Source: Candidatus Latescibacterota bacterium (GTDB lineage Bacteria > Latescibacterota > UBA2968 > UBA8231). From it: a DNA stretch of 64,000 bases. Below the pieces are notes generated by a model. The model worked only from the letters and a program-made list of their open reading frames with translations, ran no database searches and had not been told where the DNA came from. The first letter of the stretch is position 1. Each line of letters starts with the position of its first letter. This document shows, piece by piece, positions 62,301 to 64,000 of the stretch. The DNA is taken from the NCBI GenBank assembly GCA_965200315.1, contig OZ241362.1, forward strand, positions 32,001 through 96,000. Direction: 5' to 3'. The translations under genes and the position numbers were made by a program.

Positions 62301-62576
62301 GTTGAGTCTAGAACTACAACCCCCTAGGCTTTCGATCCCCAAGGTTACATAGGTATCCTCTCCAACGGTTTCGACCGAGGTGGTACTCGGGTCGCCAGCG
62401 TAATTTTGGGCTGTTACCTCGATATTGGTCTCACCAGCATCCTCGCGTACGAGGACAAAGTTACTAGGGTAGTACTCGCGGTTCAGCGTTAGCTTGATGG
62501 CCGCTGCTGCCTCACCAGCCCATCCCAACACTCCACTAGCGGCCATCAGCCGCAGTAACCACTGCGTGCGAATCAT
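59340..62576 (-). CDS. Large secreted Ig/Calx-beta-like repeat protein with putative-Ig domains and FlgD/T9SS-like C-terminal domain
   Basis: Signal peptide; repeated AVRDVDY and I.DD(E/D) units; two LPAGL.FD.ATRIIAGTP domains; NYPNPFNP..G.YFYRL..KMLLLK terminus. Confidence 0.85.
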   Translation of the reverse strand: MIRTQWLLRLMAASGVLGWAGEAAAAIKLTLNREYYPSNFVLVREDAGETNIEVTAQNYAGDPSTTSVETVGEDTYVTLGIESLGGCSSRLNSRYRITLPTLIILAGKSEATGALTFIPIDDELKGNDTHDEGEGTCDDSPENNPGDGDDLVLQITGNAGAHEVTTGPRLHLADDDKASTNISLSVSESALSKEAGATDIVVRAELNGKVLTTPLTFHLGIQTAPNHAVRDVDYAATNLGRITIPKNKASGQTTITITPKAQGTGIIRLVGRSSSHPNIAIGHQQIELKEPPAAIIKGLTARPSLIREDQGPTNIELTVELQDALAADSEVLFTLVSNGDDLSGNDALNAFFSDAEPAVRDVHYTATIGGLTIRQGETVGTTTLTLTPIDNERVNSAKAFELTAKVGTTHLLTGIKITDDETTSENITLAVSHNELREDAGETEIAVTATLDGKVLAQDVTVVLLLDDSDAATALYAIDFTALLRSVTIPAGQAQGVQTISITPNDDGIEDADEKIILKALKNPQSDDRKEIAVSTATITLKDTGPRADASPTGDTTPAFVENQSDISATVGKAMRPLELPPATGDGNLTYSVSNALPAGLSFDRATRIIAGTPTAVGTATITYTVIDGDATKPESAVILFKIAIYEAPPPVVAVASVASTHSSLRENGETTAIILTATLAAAAPAAETIRFTIVAPTQGPAAVRDVDYSATLAGPVSIAAGATQATTTLRLTPFDNDKVDGHTFLGVQATASGGSAQTDIKIADDETTSTSIALSVHPHIVREGTGPTTITVTATLDGKALAQDATATLSIDAASAAQRDLDYSALFDPLLVIPAGSIAGEISLSINPIDDDEDEGNETITLNGAIEGLAGGSTTITLTDAAIPLAAPAATLPLAFAEGTSVATQRYTAGTQIAALELPAASGGAGDATYRVSGLPAGLAFDAATRIIAGTPEVATAGPVEITYTATDGDGAIAALTFSIVVNPPLAFESHNYPNPFNPTTTIKYALPTAMDVKLTVYNVVGQAVRTLVAKHQNTGHYRVEWDATDDSGHSVSAGIYFYRLQAGETFLAVEKMLLLK

Positions 62577-63263
62577 TACTCAACCTCCTTCTTTCTTAGG
62601 GAACGCATCCCTGATTGTGAAAGTGAAAATTTTAACAGGAGGACGATCTCGTCCGCCCTTGGCACACGGAGGCGGCCAAGGCATACGGCACCGCGAAAAT
62701 AGAGCCGTACAGACCGCTAGCGCCCGGCAGCAAGTGGAGTGCGAAGGTGATCGGCGATCCCTTGGTGTAATCCGAGAGATCGCGGCCTAACGAAGGAGGA
62801 AGTAGGAGGGGGTACGTGTTTGTTTTTAAGGAAACTTACGGTGTATTGACGGGAAGTCTTGGAACTGGAAGGGGATGTAGCCACAGCAGGGGGCTACTTC
62901 ATGCTTAGATGGTGGTTACTATCTTCCCGGTTATTCCTGCGACGGGCGGAAACTCCGTTGCGGTATTAATCCGAAAAGAGTAGTGAAAAGGTAAAGGCGT
63001 TGTCAAGAAGGTTGCCGAGAAAAGTGTTGGGGGTAGTATACAATCCTTTCGACGGTCAGTGTCGGCGTGCCCTCCCTAGGCGAACCGGTGCTGGAATTTT
63101 ATCCCTCCGGCATTTCTCATTTTTAGAAGGTCCCGAATCCCCCCTAGATGCCAAGTTGGGCGGCCCCCTCCAAAGGCGTTGGCTGAAAGGGGGCAAGTTG
63201 ACAGCCTGAGCAGGTGCGCTCTTATTTGCGCGCTGTTAACCAACAGCCAAAGGAGCCTGAGAA

Positions 63264-63815
63264 ATGCCGGATGTTATCGTCGTCGGAGATGGGCCGGGTG
63301 GACTGAGTGCCGCACTCTTTCTCGCCAAAAACGACATGAGCGTCACCGTCTTTGGCCAAGACAAAACGCTCATGCACAAGGCCATGCTGTACAATTATTT
63401 GGGCATTCCCGAAATTGCCGGACCCGAGTTCCAGCAAATCGGCCGCGAGCAGGTACGCGGCTTTGGCGGGGAGATTCAGGACGTCGAAATCAGCCGCGTC
63501 GAAAAGGGCGAAGGGGGGTTTGTCGTCGAGACCGCCGATGGCCAAAGCCACCCAGCCCAATATCTGATCTTGGCCACCGGGCCGAGCAACCCGCTGGCCG
63601 AAAGCTTGGGCGTGGCCAAAGAAGCCGATGGGTTGGCGGCCGACCGCCATGGCCGCACCGCGGTCGCCGGGCTATACGTCCTTGGCTGGAGCACCCGCCT
63701 GAAGAAGATCCAAGCCATTATCTCCGCTGGCGACGGGGCCTGTGCCGCGCTGGACATCCTCTCGGCCAAGGCCGGCGAGGACATCCACGACTTCGATCTA
63801 ATCGAAAACGAGTAG
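63264..63815 (+). CDS. Small FAD-dependent oxidoreductase (thioredoxin reductase-like)
   Basis: IVVGDGPGGLSAA, NYLG, ILATG, QAIISAGDGA; AAGGAG RBS. Confidence 0.85.
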   Translation: MPDVIVVGDGPGGLSAALFLAKNDMSVTVFGQDKTLMHKAMLYNYLGIPEIAGPEFQQIGREQVRGFGGEIQDVEISRVEKGEGGFVVETADGQSHPAQYLILATGPSNPLAESLGVAKEADGLAADRHGRTAVAGLYVLGWSTRLKKIQAIISAGDGACAALDILSAKAGEDIHDFDLIENE

Positions 63816-63816
63816 C

Positions 63817-64000
63817 CTAAAGCGCGACGACGCGCCCTTCTATGGCGGATTGGGTGGCCGCGAGGGTTACGGCTAAGGTTTTGACCGCCTCGGCGTAGTT
63901 GCAGCGGATGCCCGCAGCATCGCCGGTTTGCACGGCTTGGAGAAAGGCGCGATCCTCGGCTTGCGTTGGGTTGTTGCTCTGTTCGACTACTTCGCGGCCG
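63817..64000 (-). CDS. C-terminal end of a Gfo/Idh/MocA-family oxidoreductase (partial)
   Basis: Manual translation EDRAFLQAVQTGD..IRCNYAEAVKTLAVTLAATQSAIEGRVVAL*. Confidence 0.65.
   Translation of the reverse strand, partial: GREVVEQSNNPTQAEDRAFLQAVQTGDAAGIRCNYAEAVKTLAVTLAATQSAIEGRVVAL

Overview
GC-rich bacterial chromosome segment with no rRNA, tRNA or CRISPR array seen. The FlgD/T9SS-like and SWGxVK C-termini, plus CRTAC1, PhyH and sulfatase genes, suggest an FCB-group organism such as Latescibacterota, possibly host-associated (inference). Core content: nurA-HAS-herA, rnhA, lpdA, PBP1A, CCA enzyme, Co-type nitrile hydratase, XPB-Bax1, fumarase, uronate catabolism, a large Ig-repeat surface protein, and a selenocysteine formate dehydrogenase (in-frame UGA plus SECIS). 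Accessory, AT-richer content: (i) a translationally coupled pair of STAND NTPases at 11281-17477. One is a 1551-aa TPR-rich protein with a plant MS5/SDI1-like TPR block and a C-terminal STAND domain; the other is a STAND-HEPN RNase. This is the best candidate for an undescribed sensor/effector, NLR-like defence system. (ii) A Type I R-M locus carrying an ABC-ATPase plus PD-(D/E)XK cassette between hsdS and hsdR. (iii) Many short deletion-scarred gene remnants. All family assignments come from motif recognition by eye; no database searches were run.
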